Source: a virus
Taxonomy: Duplodnaviria > Caudoviricetes
Length of the DNA: 64,000 nt
Direction: 5' to 3' (one strand)
IMG/VR virus record: IMGVR_UViG_2974732664_000001
Span: 1-64,000 of that record
A model generated the notes under the pieces. That model had not been told where the DNA came from. It was given only the letters and a program-made list of their open reading frames with translations, and did no database searches. The first letter of the stretch is position 1, and each line of letters begins with the position of its first letter. The position numbers were made by a program, and so were the translations under genes. This document shows, piece after piece, positions 1-10,518 of the stretch.

Positions 1-2437
1 TACCATCATACAATCTTATACTTGTGTCAGTAATACTAGAACAATCAAAACCATTGTTATCATCTTTGTTACTATAGACAGAAATTTCTTTATCAAGTGG
101 ATCAATAATTATTTTTCCAGAGCTTTTCATAATTAATCTAATTGCAGAAGAAAGTGTATCTGGATCTATAGTATATTCAAAATTAGCTAATTCTATCCTT
201 TCGTCGCTAGATGGGAGATATGTTCCATCTATATATGAGTCATCTGTAATATTAACTGGTCCGATTATTTTAAAAGAACACTACTGCGGATCGAGTTTAA
301 TGCTTTTACCCTGTTGTATATTTTGCATAACAATTGACCCATTTGAATCTATTGTGGTATACGCCGTTGTTAAGTCTCCAGTTGTCTGCATTTTTCCGGC
401 CCATATACGAACACCACCCTTATTCGTGACCTTCCCATTAAGATCAGATTTACTATCAATAGCCTTACTAGAAGTCATACCTGCTACGATTGCATCACCT
501 TCCATTATAACAACTTCTTCTGATGACAACTCTTTAACGTAAGCCTAATTTGCTATTATCTTATCAGCTACAAAATTTTCTGTAACTGCGAACTTCTGAA
601 AATATGTAGCAACATCAGGAGTCATTACCCAATGGTCGGATTCTCCGGAATCTGTATTTACGCAAACATAATACATGTTTTCATAAAGTACGACGTCTTG
701 ATAGAATATGCCGTTTTCAGCATCTCTCTTTCCATCATAGTACTTTTTTCCACTTGTCCATGCACCAACAATTCTTAAAGGCGAACCTTTGAATGTCTGT
801 CCAGTAGATCCGTCTCCAGGATCACCTTTTTCTCCAGCTGACGATACAGGAATAGTCATAGATGTAAGATATGCTCCATTTTTATTCTCTGCATATATAG
901 TAATAGTGCTAGACTTAGACTATACAGTTGCATTTACTGAAGCGTCCCAATGATCTGTGTTATACTGTAAAGTTGTTCTATCGTTCGAGTTTATCTACAT
1001 ATATAGATTATACAGATTTGCATCAGTACTATTTACAGCGCTTTCGTTTTTGTACAAATTAACATTACAGCTCATCTATAAGTTGTAATTCTAATCTGCA
1101 GGAACGTATGATAACGATATGTTTGAAAGCTGTAATGAATAAGTTACTCCATTAAGTCCATTTATACCAGACCTAACGATTGGAACATATTCGTTTAACA
1201 TTATTGTTCCATTTGTTGCTTTAAACAACATTCCATTATCACCTTCTGTTTGAATCTAATCAGATGATATTGCGGTCCATGTATCTCCTCCATCAACACT
1301 ATATGAGAACGACCAACCAGAACCATTTGATGGTGTAATATTTGTAATCTACGAGCCATTGCTTTTTACAACATATACACTAATAAAATTTGGGTACATT
1401 GTACCATCTTGATAATTAATAATACTCGTAGACGTTTTAATATCGTATGATACAGCGTTTTCTCCTGCAGTTCCAGTTAAACATATTGGATTTGTGTATT
1501 CTCCATACTATCCATTACCATTTATGAATACTTGTGTCATCCATATGTAGTATCCAGCTTCCTAATTTGGGGCATCATCAACCCACCCAGAACCGTCTTC
1601 AGGTGGTCTATTTGCACTAGGTTTACTTGGCGCTACAGAATTACTTGAGTGTTTTTTGAAATAAAATTTGCTATATCCAAATTTAGTATAGTCTATACTT
1701 AAACTAGCACCACTAATAGGTATTTTTATGTCACGCCCACTTTCAATAGAGTACACCTTATCGTTTATTATCAATTTTGATAATGTGTTCTTTTTAATAT
1801 AATTTAAAAGCTACTGCTATATATAATCAGCATTTACTCCGCCATCAGATACGCTTTCAGATAAAGCAACTCTAAACTAACCACCATTCTTCTATGTAAG
1901 AATAAGCTCATTGTGTTCCAATGTAAAGCTCTCTATAGGATAATCTTTCCCTATAGTAGAGTCTCCGATTATCTTCTATATCTAAGCTATAGTATAATAG
2001 TTAGTGGGGTCAAATTTTATATAGTCAGCCTTGTTTAAATACGTAGAATCGGCATTCTCTTTTGTAACATACTAATCAAAGTCAATATTACTAATAGCGT
2101 CATCAACATATTTCTTTTTAGCATACTCTTCAATATTTAAATCAGTAATAGCACCCGCTATCTGCCTAGACACTTCTATCAATATCTCTTTCTTTATAGA
2201 GTTATCTCCGTCTCCAGCTATTTCGTTTAGCTGATTTTGAAGATCTAGTAAAGCAGAATTGCTAGCCTTTCCATTCCATTCATCTCTTTCTTCCTAAGAT
2301 ATATGTGAGACAGAATCATTTTCATGGCAGCACAATCTAGAATATATTGACGAATAACACTTGTCTATTTTAAAATCTAATTCTCCGATTGGATTTTTGC
2401 GACAAGGCTTTTTTGGTTCTACGCAAAAATTAATCAT
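1..2437 (-). CDS. Tail fibre/virion structural protein, TAG-recoded, runs off the window edge (>810 aa)
   Basis: ATG at 2437. Track fragments 1562-1774, 545-859 and 281-529 share one frame and end in TAG. With TAG=Gln the N-terminus reads HENDSVSHISQEERDEWNGKA; the protein also has a GEKGDPGD linker and beta-rich segments. Confidence 0.75.
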
Positions 2438-2515
2438 ATTAATTCGTTTAAATTGTTAACAATTATTGTACTGTGGTGTCATCGAAGACCACGTCTAAAA
2501 CGCCACAGTTAAAGA

Positions 2516-3001
2516 TTATTTGAATTTATCCCAATCTATATTTTCCTTCTTTCCTACAACGTCTGCCACCCATCTACAAAACTGAATTCCTGTATATCCA
2601 TCTTTATCATTAGCTACAGCTGCAGCATATTTTATACACTGGTGCTCATTAAGTAGTTCTGGATAAAAATCAGCATAAGCCATATTCGCAGTATAAGTTA
2701 CATCTTCTATTGTAGAAGTATTTGGAATTTTAAGATTAAGTACATTACATACATTTTGAACCTACTCAGAAGTCCATGTATGTTCCTAATTATTTGAATT
2801 AACCATCTATTTACTAGCGTACTCCTGTAAAGCTTTTGTAAAGTGTAAGCCATGTTTACTAACATAGTCATTATACCCATCTTCCTTTACAACTCCAACA
2901 CTAGCGGAATAGCTGCCATCTTCGTTTTTCTAAAGATTTGCAACATATTTAGAATTCTGGTTATCATCATCACTGTGCCGTATTACTATTACCTTGTGCA
3001 T
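2516..3001 (-). CDS. Hypothetical phage protein, TAG-recoded (161 aa)
   Basis: ATG at 3001 to TAA at 2516; the frame is open only if TAG=Gln. Reads YVSKHGLHFTKALQEYA...YTANMAYADFYP. Confidence 0.7.
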
Positions 3002-3473
3002 GGTTAAAAGAATTAATAAAGTTATTAACAGTTGATTCCATTCTACTTATAGATTCCTCTATCTTTGAGAATCTCTATTCAGTCTCCTTTTTCTCCTTAT
3101 AGACAGGATTAAGCTCAGATAACAATACTGTTGTCTTATCTACTACTTCCTTCTGTTTAGGAACTGACTCAAGTATCTTTTCAGCAGTATTCTTCATCTG
3201 CTCTACTTCAGCCATAAGACCCTACCTATCTGTAGACAATACTACATCTCCTGCATATGTAACAGATAAGTTCTCTGGGATTGAATATGTTGCAGTCTTA
3301 GAGTTAGCCTCTATAGTTACATCTACAACCATTTGTGACTAACCCATTGCTGGCTTTGTATTCAAGTCTAAATGTGGAAATCCAACTGATATAACCTTGC
3401 CATCGGTAATGGTTATATCCTGTTTATTCAGTATATATACTGAATAGTTTTGTTTTACATCTTTAAATGCCAT
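2970..3473 (-). CDS. Hypothetical protein, TAG-recoded (167 aa)
   Basis: ATG at 3473 (MAFKDVKQNYSVYILNK) to TGA at 2970, with internal TAGs and a coiled-coil-like C-terminus. Confidence 0.7.
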
Positions 3474-3492
3474 AAGCCTTATCTTTATATGT

Positions 3493-3512
3493 AAAGGCTC
3501 CCGAAGGAGCCC
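3493..3512 (-). terminator. Hairpin/weak intrinsic terminator
   Basis: Minus strand GGGCTCC-TTCG-GGAGCC-TTT just after the stop at 3531. Confidence 0.55.
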
Positions 3513-3530
3513 TCACATAAATTAAACTTA

Positions 3531-4334
3531 TTAAGCTGCAGCAGTTGTCTTAAGCGCAGCAATCAAAGTAGCATTCTACTTCTGCTGTGACAATTCAAGG
3601 CGTGCGTCATTGTATCTCTACTGCAAATCTGACTGCCAATGATTGTTCAAAACATCTACTATTCGCTGAGTATTAGCATTTGCGTTCGTCTTAAGATCGC
3701 AAGCTATCTAACTCATCTGGAAACCAAGGTTACTTGCAGCTCTCTCCAAACCTGAGTTTGTCTAGCTGAAACCTGTCTGCATCTGGTTAACGATATCCTT
3801 CTGCCCAAGTTGATTCTCGTAGCCCATCTTGATAATGTTCTATTGTGTCTGGCAGCAGCAGTTCTGCAATGCAGATGTAAGGTTAGCGTCTCCGAGATTA
3901 ATAGCGTTAATAACGCGTTCTGCAGAGAAGTTCACATTACCTGCTACTTCCTGAATACCGGATCTAACGCAGCAAATAGCATTATTCAGTGCGTTGAAGT
4001 CACAGTTCAGGTTAGAGGCTAACTGAGTAATTGAATTAGCGTTGCCTCTTATGGCGTCCATTACCAATGAACTATTCTGATTATCAGCGATCTGTGAACG
4101 CATTGCGTCGAGCTGACTCTGAATTGCATTGCCCTGGTGATCATCGTTGTTGTTCCACATACGCATAGCGAAGATCATCCAGATAAGGTAAGCAAATGGG
4201 TTGTTCATGTAATCATTCTAGTTCATCATGGCTGCCATAGCCATTGGATCACAGTTATTCTTAGAAGCCAAAGCGGCTACTAAAGCGTCATTATTGTCGT
4301 GTCCTGTACAATAAACTTTCTCGATCGTATCCAT
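3531..4334 (-). CDS. Coiled-coil phage protein with NCCC motif, TAG-recoded (267 aa)
   Basis: ATG at 4334 to TAA at 3531, in frame with track ORF 3840-4208 (...ALQNCCCQTQ). Has a hydrophobic segment FAYLIWMIFAM. Confidence 0.75.
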
Positions 4335-4536
4335 AATTAACAAGTTTTATAGTAAAACAATATGGAAATAGGACTGGAATAATCCTAGTCCCGTTTAATC
4401 TAAAAAGCGTATTACTACGCAAGCCCTAGTATATTCCACCTATGGATAATAAAAGTCCTACCCTGGTACGCATTTGGAAAGATGCGTGGTAGAATCTGTT
4501 GTGCTAGGCGGGGCAGTGAACCCCGTCATGCTTTCA

Positions 4537-4902
4537 TTAAGACCTAGCTAAAATGTTAAAATCTCTCTTAACGTTTGTTTTAATTTTATCAAGCAGACTA
4601 ATATAATCTGTGTATTTTCTCATGTCTTCAGAATTTTTCTCACCAGTAATCTGTAGTTTGTTATAGCTGTTAATGAGATCGAATTCTTCTGTCTGTGAAA
4701 CATATTCTCTAATAATATTTTTAATACAATCTTTATAATTAGGAACACCTGTCAATTGTACCTAAATAAAATTATAGATAGTTTCTTCCTCGCCATCTTG
4801 ATTTGTCTTCTACTCGCTGGTAATATTATAATTATAATAATATGTATTATTACCGAGTCGTTCTATGGCATTTGGTCTTATATTGGAACTTACTGTGTTC
4901 AT
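4537..4902 (-). CDS. Hypothetical protein overlapping the 3' end of the DGR RT, TAG-recoded (121 aa)
   Basis: ATG at 4902 (MNTVSSNIRPNAIERLGNN), two TAGs, then in frame with track ORF 4537-4755. Confidence 0.7.
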
Positions 4903-6088
4903 ATTTAAAACTATATGGTAAATGTATTTTGTTTAACGTTTTGTATAACCACTTATTTTTAGATCGTACAACAAATGGGACTCTATTTCTTATTGCATGT
5001 ATCTCAAAATATTTCTATCTTATTATAACTTCTACTATATAAAATCGAACGTTATTCAGACTAGTTATATGCTTAAGTTCTCCATTCCACGTAGATAATC
5101 TATATTTTGTAGAATACTACACAATATCAGAAAAATGTTTAGAATTACAAAATTTTAACCATCCTCTATATGATGTCATTCTAGATTCGAATACATGTTT
5201 AGATATCTTGTTGTTTGTGTATTTATGCGTAAGTTTTGATATCTTCGTTTTTATTGATTTTCTTAACAGTATATACTTGTGTCTAAATACATATCCAACA
5301 AAATCTATTCCTCTACTTTCTATTGGAAATACCTGATAATTTGGTTTTAGTTCCAATTTTAAAATATTATGAAAATAAAACTTTATAGCTATCAGTATGT
5401 TTTTAAGATGGTCTTTATTATTGTCTAATATTACTATATCGTCAGCGTATCTGTAGTAATATTTACATTTTACATCTTCTTTTATCCAATGATCAAAATA
5501 CGCTAAATATAAGTTTGTGAAAAATTGTGATAAATAATTTCCTATCGGTACGCCTTTTGCAGAATCTATTATTCCTTTTAATAACTTTAATAACCACTTG
5601 TCTTTTATCTTCTTCTATATTATAGAATACAGTATATCATGATCTATTGATGGATAAAATTTACGAATATCAAGCTTTAAACAATATCTTGTTTTATATA
5701 CGTCATTTTGTAAATCCTTATACAAATCATTAGCACATTTATGAATACCTCTACCTCGTATTGATGAATATGTATTTTTAATAAACACTCTTTTCCATAC
5801 ATCTTCCATTATGTTCATTGTTGCATGATGTGCAATTCTGTCTGGATAGTACGGTAGCCTATAAATAATTCGTTCTTTTGGTTCGTATATTTTAAATGTG
5901 CTATACTATGATGTTTTGTAAGAAAGATTTATAAAATCCTACAATAGAGCTTGATTTTCTACATCTCTATTTTTATCATGTTTTTGTATACCATATTTCT
6001 TTGTTTTATTTAATCTAGCATTTTCGTCAGCCAGATAAATATTGTCTAAGGTACAAATCTTTTCTTTAAGATTGCCTATTCTTTTCAA
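4850..6088 (-). CDS. DGR reverse transcriptase, TAG-recoded (412 aa, 5 in-frame TAG)
   Basis: TTG start (MKRIGNL). Motifs YEPKERIIYRLPYYPDRIAH, LKLDIRKFYPSIDH, GVPIGNYLSQFF (DGR SQ motif), YRYADD (5438-5449) and GIDFVGY. First TAA is at 4850. Confidence 0.92.
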
Positions 6089-6209
6089 AGCTTTTTATAT
6101 TAATATCGAGTCTTCGGGATATCCCTACCAACACGACGTGGTTAATAAACGTTATCTTTTGCCAAGAGGCAAGGTCGCTATTCCCAAAAAAATGAATTTG
6201 GAAATATAA

Positions 6210-6313
6210 ATAGCTAACATTGGTATTGGCATTACTGACTCCATTATTAGAATTGAAATAGCTAAGACTGGCTTTGCTGCCATTATTAGCGTTACTACCT
6301 ACTATGAGTTTTT
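6210..6313 (-). repeat. DGR template repeat (TR)
   Basis: Minus strand CTC ATA GTA GGT AGT AAC GCT AAT AAT GGC AGC AAA ... GTT AGC TAT; AAY-rich and aligns without gaps to VR. Confidence 0.95.
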
Positions 6314-6353
6314 AGTAATGTTCCAGTAAGGAAGAATAGTAACCTGTTTTAAA

Positions 6354-8471
6354 TTAGACTCTCACTAATGACCTAAAGCCAACAGTGGCATGGGCATGAC
6401 TGACCCCATCAGCAGAATAGAAAGAGCCAAGACCGGCCGCGCCGCCAAAATAAGCGTGACCACCCACCAGGAGCGTTCTATTTACAATGGAATCAGCATT
6501 ACACGAATGATAATCGCATTTATATGTTGACTCAGATCCAGTAATAGAAGAAGGAATTATTTCAGCCTTTGATCCAAGATCAAATGTTCCAATATACCCA
6601 TCTTGAGCAATTTCAACTCCAGCAATATCAAAAAGTGAATAATCATCACCATATTTTAATACATCTGTTGTTGTATAAACATTGCTATTAGCTTTGACTG
6701 CATCTCTCTTTATAACAATTCCTTCGAGATTTGTCCAAATGTCACCGAACGGATTTTCAAAACCTCTCCATCTATTTGCATACAAAGTTTTTTCAGGAGA
6801 TTGGAGCTATATAGCTTTTACACCACTAAAGTTTCCAAATTCATTTGTATATCCGCATGGAGTTATTGCGTAATTTTTATTATACGTATTCCATATGTTC
6901 CAATCAAAAGTTGTTAAACCAGGACCCAAACCGCCCTAGTGATAACCATCTGACGTGAGTTCTGAATTAAATTCTTTCTAAGAGTTGAAATTAGCATATT
7001 CTATTACGTAGTTCCAATAGAATATCCATTTATAAAATTCGTAACACAGAAGCTCCTGTCCAGTAGCTGCTGCATATGTTCTCATTGTTTCTCTACTAAT
7101 ATTAGATACAGGCTTTCCGAGATCGGTTTTAAACTAGTCTGTAGCTAAATATTCATCGTATGCTGATCTTCTTCCACCTCCTCTATACTTCGCATCTGTA
7201 CTAACTACTGATGCTACCTTTGTAGTATCGCTGTCAGTATAAATAGTATTGCGATAAGCGCTTATAAACATTTCTGGTATTTCAGTCCATGATGCATCTA
7301 TTTGAACAGTTGAGATTCGTACCCATCTCTTATTTCCGTTAGATCCAGACTTTCCATAGAATCTAGGAGTTCTAATCATTACGTCTCCATCAGTACCATC
7401 TAAATGAGACGGTTCACCATTGCTCTTTTTTGACCAATCATTAGGATTTAAATAATACTACAACTTTCCGTTCTTTACAACACATCCCTTGTACTCAGAC
7501 TATATTGGGAGAGATTTATGGAATAATGGATTTCCAATTCTTGTACATGTAGGATCAGCCACTGTAATATCCCATTCTACACCATATGACAGCATGTCAA
7601 TAGAAACATCAGGGAGCTCTGTCTTCAATGCATATTGAGTTATGTCTATAGTAGAACCATTAGAAGTTAATACATGATTGTTGTCGCCACCTCTTAACTA
7701 TACGCCATTTTCGTTTAACTTAAAATGAAATAAATCGGAACGGTTACCACCAGTAATTGACTCTGGGGTAATATCAATGTAGCCTTTCATAGGATACATA
7801 ACCGATACTAAACCAGCAGATATATAAGTATGTGGACCATTATTTTCTGACATAGATATATCTCCACCTATTAATGTAGTAATATGAGCATTTCCTGGAG
7901 TAGTATAATTATAAACAAAACCTATCTCCATTTCGTAACCATCGCCACTCTACTACGTATAAGGAACATAATTACCAGCATCCTACTTATCACTAATAGC
8001 AGCATTCAGCGTATCAATCTACTAATTAAGCGCTGTTGTAAGAACGTAGTTACTAAGTGCGGTAGCGTCAGCCTTTGTGCTAATAGCTTTTCTAAATGAT
8101 CCTTCTGTGTTTGAATCACCATCAACTATTGCAAGCTTATCTGATATTTCTTTTTCTTTACCTTCTGCTCTAGTCTGCTCTGCCTTAATCTTAGCACTTA
8201 AGTCTTCATCACTCTTTGTACGAGCACTTGTTTCAGCTTCAAGTAAATCCTTTGTAACATAATTACCATTTTCAATGCTATTGTCTATAGCATCTTTTAC
8301 AGACTGATCAATAAGTTTATTTGTAGAGTTTGCATCCAGTATGTCTCCATGCATAAATTCCCCACCTTCAAGATCAACCAATATTTTTGGATTTCTAATC
8401 TACTTCCCAGGTGCTGTTACGAGTACATTCTTTATTGGAACTCTATATAAAAAATCTTTTTCCTAAATCAT
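6354..8471 (-). CDS. DGR target, putative receptor-binding/tail fibre protein with CLec-type C-terminus, TAG-recoded (705 aa)
   Basis: ATG at 8471; four track fragments in one frame, joined across about 14 TAGs. WRGFENPFGDIW motif and terminal VGFRS are typical of CLec DGR targets. Confidence 0.88.
6375..6473 (-). repeat. DGR variable repeat (VR)
   Basis: 26 mismatches to TR over 99 nt, all at TR adenines. Encodes LLVGGHAYFGGAAGLGSFYSADGVSHAHATVGF. Confidence 0.95.
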
Positions 8472-8500
8472 AATTAATGCATTAATGTGTTTAAACAGTA

Positions 8501-8530
8501 AAAGGGAACTACCTTTCGGTAATCCCCTTT
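8501..8530 (-). terminator. Intrinsic terminator after dUTPase
   Basis: Minus strand GGGGATTACC-GAAA-GGTAGTTCCC-TTTT. Confidence 0.7.
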
Positions 8531-8541
8531 ATGTAAGCGAA

Positions 8542-9099
8542 TTAGGCCTATCCTTCGCTTACCTCAGCACCTTCTTGTGCCGCCGCTGACTCTGGTACGG
8601 ACTCAACCTGTTCCTTAAGCTGTGACTGAGTTCCCGTAGCTGCGCTAGATTCGTTTTCGTGTCCTGTGCCAGTAGAACCAAATCCGCCATCGCCTCTCTC
8701 TGTTGACGAAAGCTCAGAAACCTCTGTGATTGTATACTCTGGTATAGGAACGATGACTAACTGACAGAAACGTTCGCCCTGCTTGTAAACAGCAGGAATT
8801 GTATCTGTTGTAGCCTTCATGAATGCTACAATCTCGCCTCTATAATCGCTGTCGATAACACCGACATTATCAGTAAGCCATAATGACTTTTTCCAAATAC
8901 TAGAGCGTGGTATAAGTAAACCAACATATCCGGCAGGAATTTCAACTGCCAATCCTGTATGGTAAACCAACATTAGCTGATTTGCTTCATTAAGAGCTGT
9001 TTCAATCTTAGTGCAAGTCAAATCAATTCCTGCAGCACCTTTTGTGCCACGAATAGGGAGGATAGCGTTATCCTCAAGTCTCTTAAATTTCAACTCCAT
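8542..9099 (-). CDS. dut: Trimeric dUTPase
   Basis: Motifs AAGIDL, PRSS, GVIDSDYRGE, QLVI and RGDGGFGSTG. TAG at 8548 reads through two codons to TAA at 8542. Confidence 0.93.
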
Positions 9100-9123
9100 A
9101 GTATTCAAATATTATTTTTATTG

Positions 9124-9194
9124 TTACCCCACTAGGATTCGAACCCAGACTAAGAGTTTTAGAGACTCCTGTGCTGCCGTTACACCATAGGGCA
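9124..9194 (-). tRNA. Amber suppressor tRNA (anticodon CUA), tRNA-Gln-type body
   Basis: TGCCCTA-TGGTGTAACGGCAGCACA-GGAGT CT[CTA]AA ACTCT-TAGT-CTGGG TTCGAAT CCTAG-TGGGGTA-A. U1-A72 start as in tRNA-Gln; CCA is not encoded. Confidence 0.92.
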
Positions 9195-9199
9195 ATAAG

Positions 9200-9470
9200 C
9201 GCGTAACTTTTATCTGGAGTTACGCAGAACCAGTATTGGCGTCATTTGGATCCTGCAGCTCCGAGCGCTGCTAGGGCAGAAAGCTTTTGTTTCACCCGGA
9301 TATCCCAGTTTATAGAGATTTCAGAAATGGCGACAACCTCTCAGCGATTATATTCGCCCGTCTTCTTTGACTCTTATAAGTTTTAGCTGGACTTATAACC
9401 CAGTATTGGGTCCCTGTGTCAGCTTACCATGGTAGCCTTTTGTTTATAGTGTACACACAGGGATTCCACT
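9200..9470 (-). ncRNA. Two related copies of an unknown structured RNA ending in an H-type pseudoknot
   Basis: Both copies contain AAACAAAAG...CCAATACTGG...TCCAG(C/A)TAAAA. The second stems differ but both pair (TTATAAGT/ACTTATAA; GCGTAACT/AGTTACGC). Confidence 0.5.
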
Positions 9471-9506
9471 CAATTACAAAATATTAAAATTATGAAAACA
9501 AATTAA

Positions 9507-9583
9507 TGGAGTCTATGCAGGAGTCGAACCTGCTAACTATTCCCTTTGTATCGGGTTGTCTTTACCGTTTGACTAATAGACTC
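9507..9583 (-). pseudogene. Degenerate tRNA / tRNA-like RNA
   Basis: Acceptor GAGTCTAT/ATAGACTC, D arm GTC-AAACGGTAAA-GAC and T arm GCAGG-TTCGACT-CCTGC are intact. The anticodon arm is only CCC/GGG with an 8-nt loop. Confidence 0.65.
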
Positions 9584-9592
9584 TAAAGGTGA

Positions 9593-9916
9593 TTACTTAG
9601 TACGAGTAATCCAATTCCATAAACGTTTATACCAAGGCTTCTTAATCTTCTCTTCGGCTCTGCGCGCCTTACATCTTAAGTATACGCAATCATCTTTTAC
9701 TACAGCGCAACCATTCTCTGGAAGAATCTCGTCGAGCAAAGCATCTGTAAGGATTGATATAACTGTATAATAGTCACAATCAGTCACTCTCATACCTGCC
9801 GAAATCTTCTTGCTAATGAAGTATGCTGTAACATCGTTTACATTAGCAACATCCAGCATAGAGATTACATACTTGGGTCTCTTTGCCTTAACTGTCTTTT
9901 TAATAGCTTTCTTCAT
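9593..9916 (-). CDS. Hypothetical protein (107 aa)
   Basis: ORF track; basic amphipathic C-terminus KKPWYKRLWNW. Confidence 0.7.
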   Translation of the reverse strand: MKKAIKKTVKAKRPKYVISMLDVANVNDVTAYFISKKISAGMRVTDCDYYTVISILTDALLDEILPENGCAVVKDDCVYLRCKARRAEEKIKKPWYKRLWNWITRTK

Positions 9917-9926
9917 AACTTAAATA

Positions 9927-10310
9927 TTAACATTGTCCACAATAGTCTCCACGATCGTCGCAAGCAGCATTCACATGTGCGCTTTCCTTCTGCTTTGCTG
10001 CCCACTCTTCTTTTCTCTTCTGGTCAGCTTCTTTTGCGTTATTGAGAGCCTTTAACCAATCTTCAGACTTAATTATTACAAAATCTGTGCCGAGATCTTT
10101 GTCGTAGAATGTGATAAGAATATCATCTTTCCTTACATCTGTGCAGATAGTTTTGTTAGGAAAAAACTTTGATGTCCACTCAATATTAGCATCTTCTGGA
10201 ATAACGTAAATATCATCGATACCTCTTGCAGATCTATTAATCGCCTAAACCTCAGCTGTATCTGTATCAACAATAATAGGCTTGCGATCAATGTTTATTA
10301 TCTTTTTCAT
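9927..10310 (-). CDS. Hypothetical protein, TAG-recoded (127 aa)
   Basis: ATG at 10310 (MKKIINIDRKPIIV), one TAG, TAA at 9927. Fills the gap between neighbouring genes. Confidence 0.7.
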
Positions 10311-10518
10311 ATGGGCTTAATGGTTTATTTTTATTATCTTTAAATCTATTCTTAAGCTTGAATCTAAATAGTTTGTTTATTAATACGTCTCTAGTATCAT
10401 CTTGATCTTTCATAACATCAACTATGAACTAAAACTAATGCATAACTATTTGTTTTACTAGCTCTGGGTCATCGTCCAATGTACGTCCAATCTATCTACA
10501 AACTTTATCTATATTCAT
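10288..10518 (-). CDS. HU/IHF-like DNA-binding protein, TAG-recoded (76 aa)
   Basis: MNIDKVCRQIGRTLDDDPELVKQIVMHQFQFIVDVM...VLINKLFRFKLK has the helix-helix-strand pattern of HU. Three TAGs. Confidence 0.55.

Larger units (their letters stand above)
4850..8471 (-). mobile_element. Diversity-generating retroelement (target/VR - TR - RT)
   Basis: DGR-type RT plus a 99-nt TR/VR pair that differs only at TR adenines. Confidence 0.95.

Noticed and set aside
1-2437. Second DGR target
   Set aside because: No TR-like sequence was seen in the visible part; the C-terminus lies outside the window, so it cannot be assessed.
4850-6088. Group II intron or retron RT
   Set aside because: The SQ motif and the adjacent adenine-specific TR/VR pair identify a DGR; no intron domain V is evident.
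9060-9123. HDV-like theta ribozyme at the 3' end of the suppressor tRNA
   Set aside because: The tRNA is followed directly by an A-rich leader and the dUTPase start; no nested pseudoknot is visible.
9200-9240. preQ1-I riboswitch or twister (CTGGTTCT...GTAAC.CCAG.ATAAAA)
   Set aside because: The resemblance is superficial. The 8-bp second stem and the sister copy fit neither consensus, and there is no adjacent start codon.
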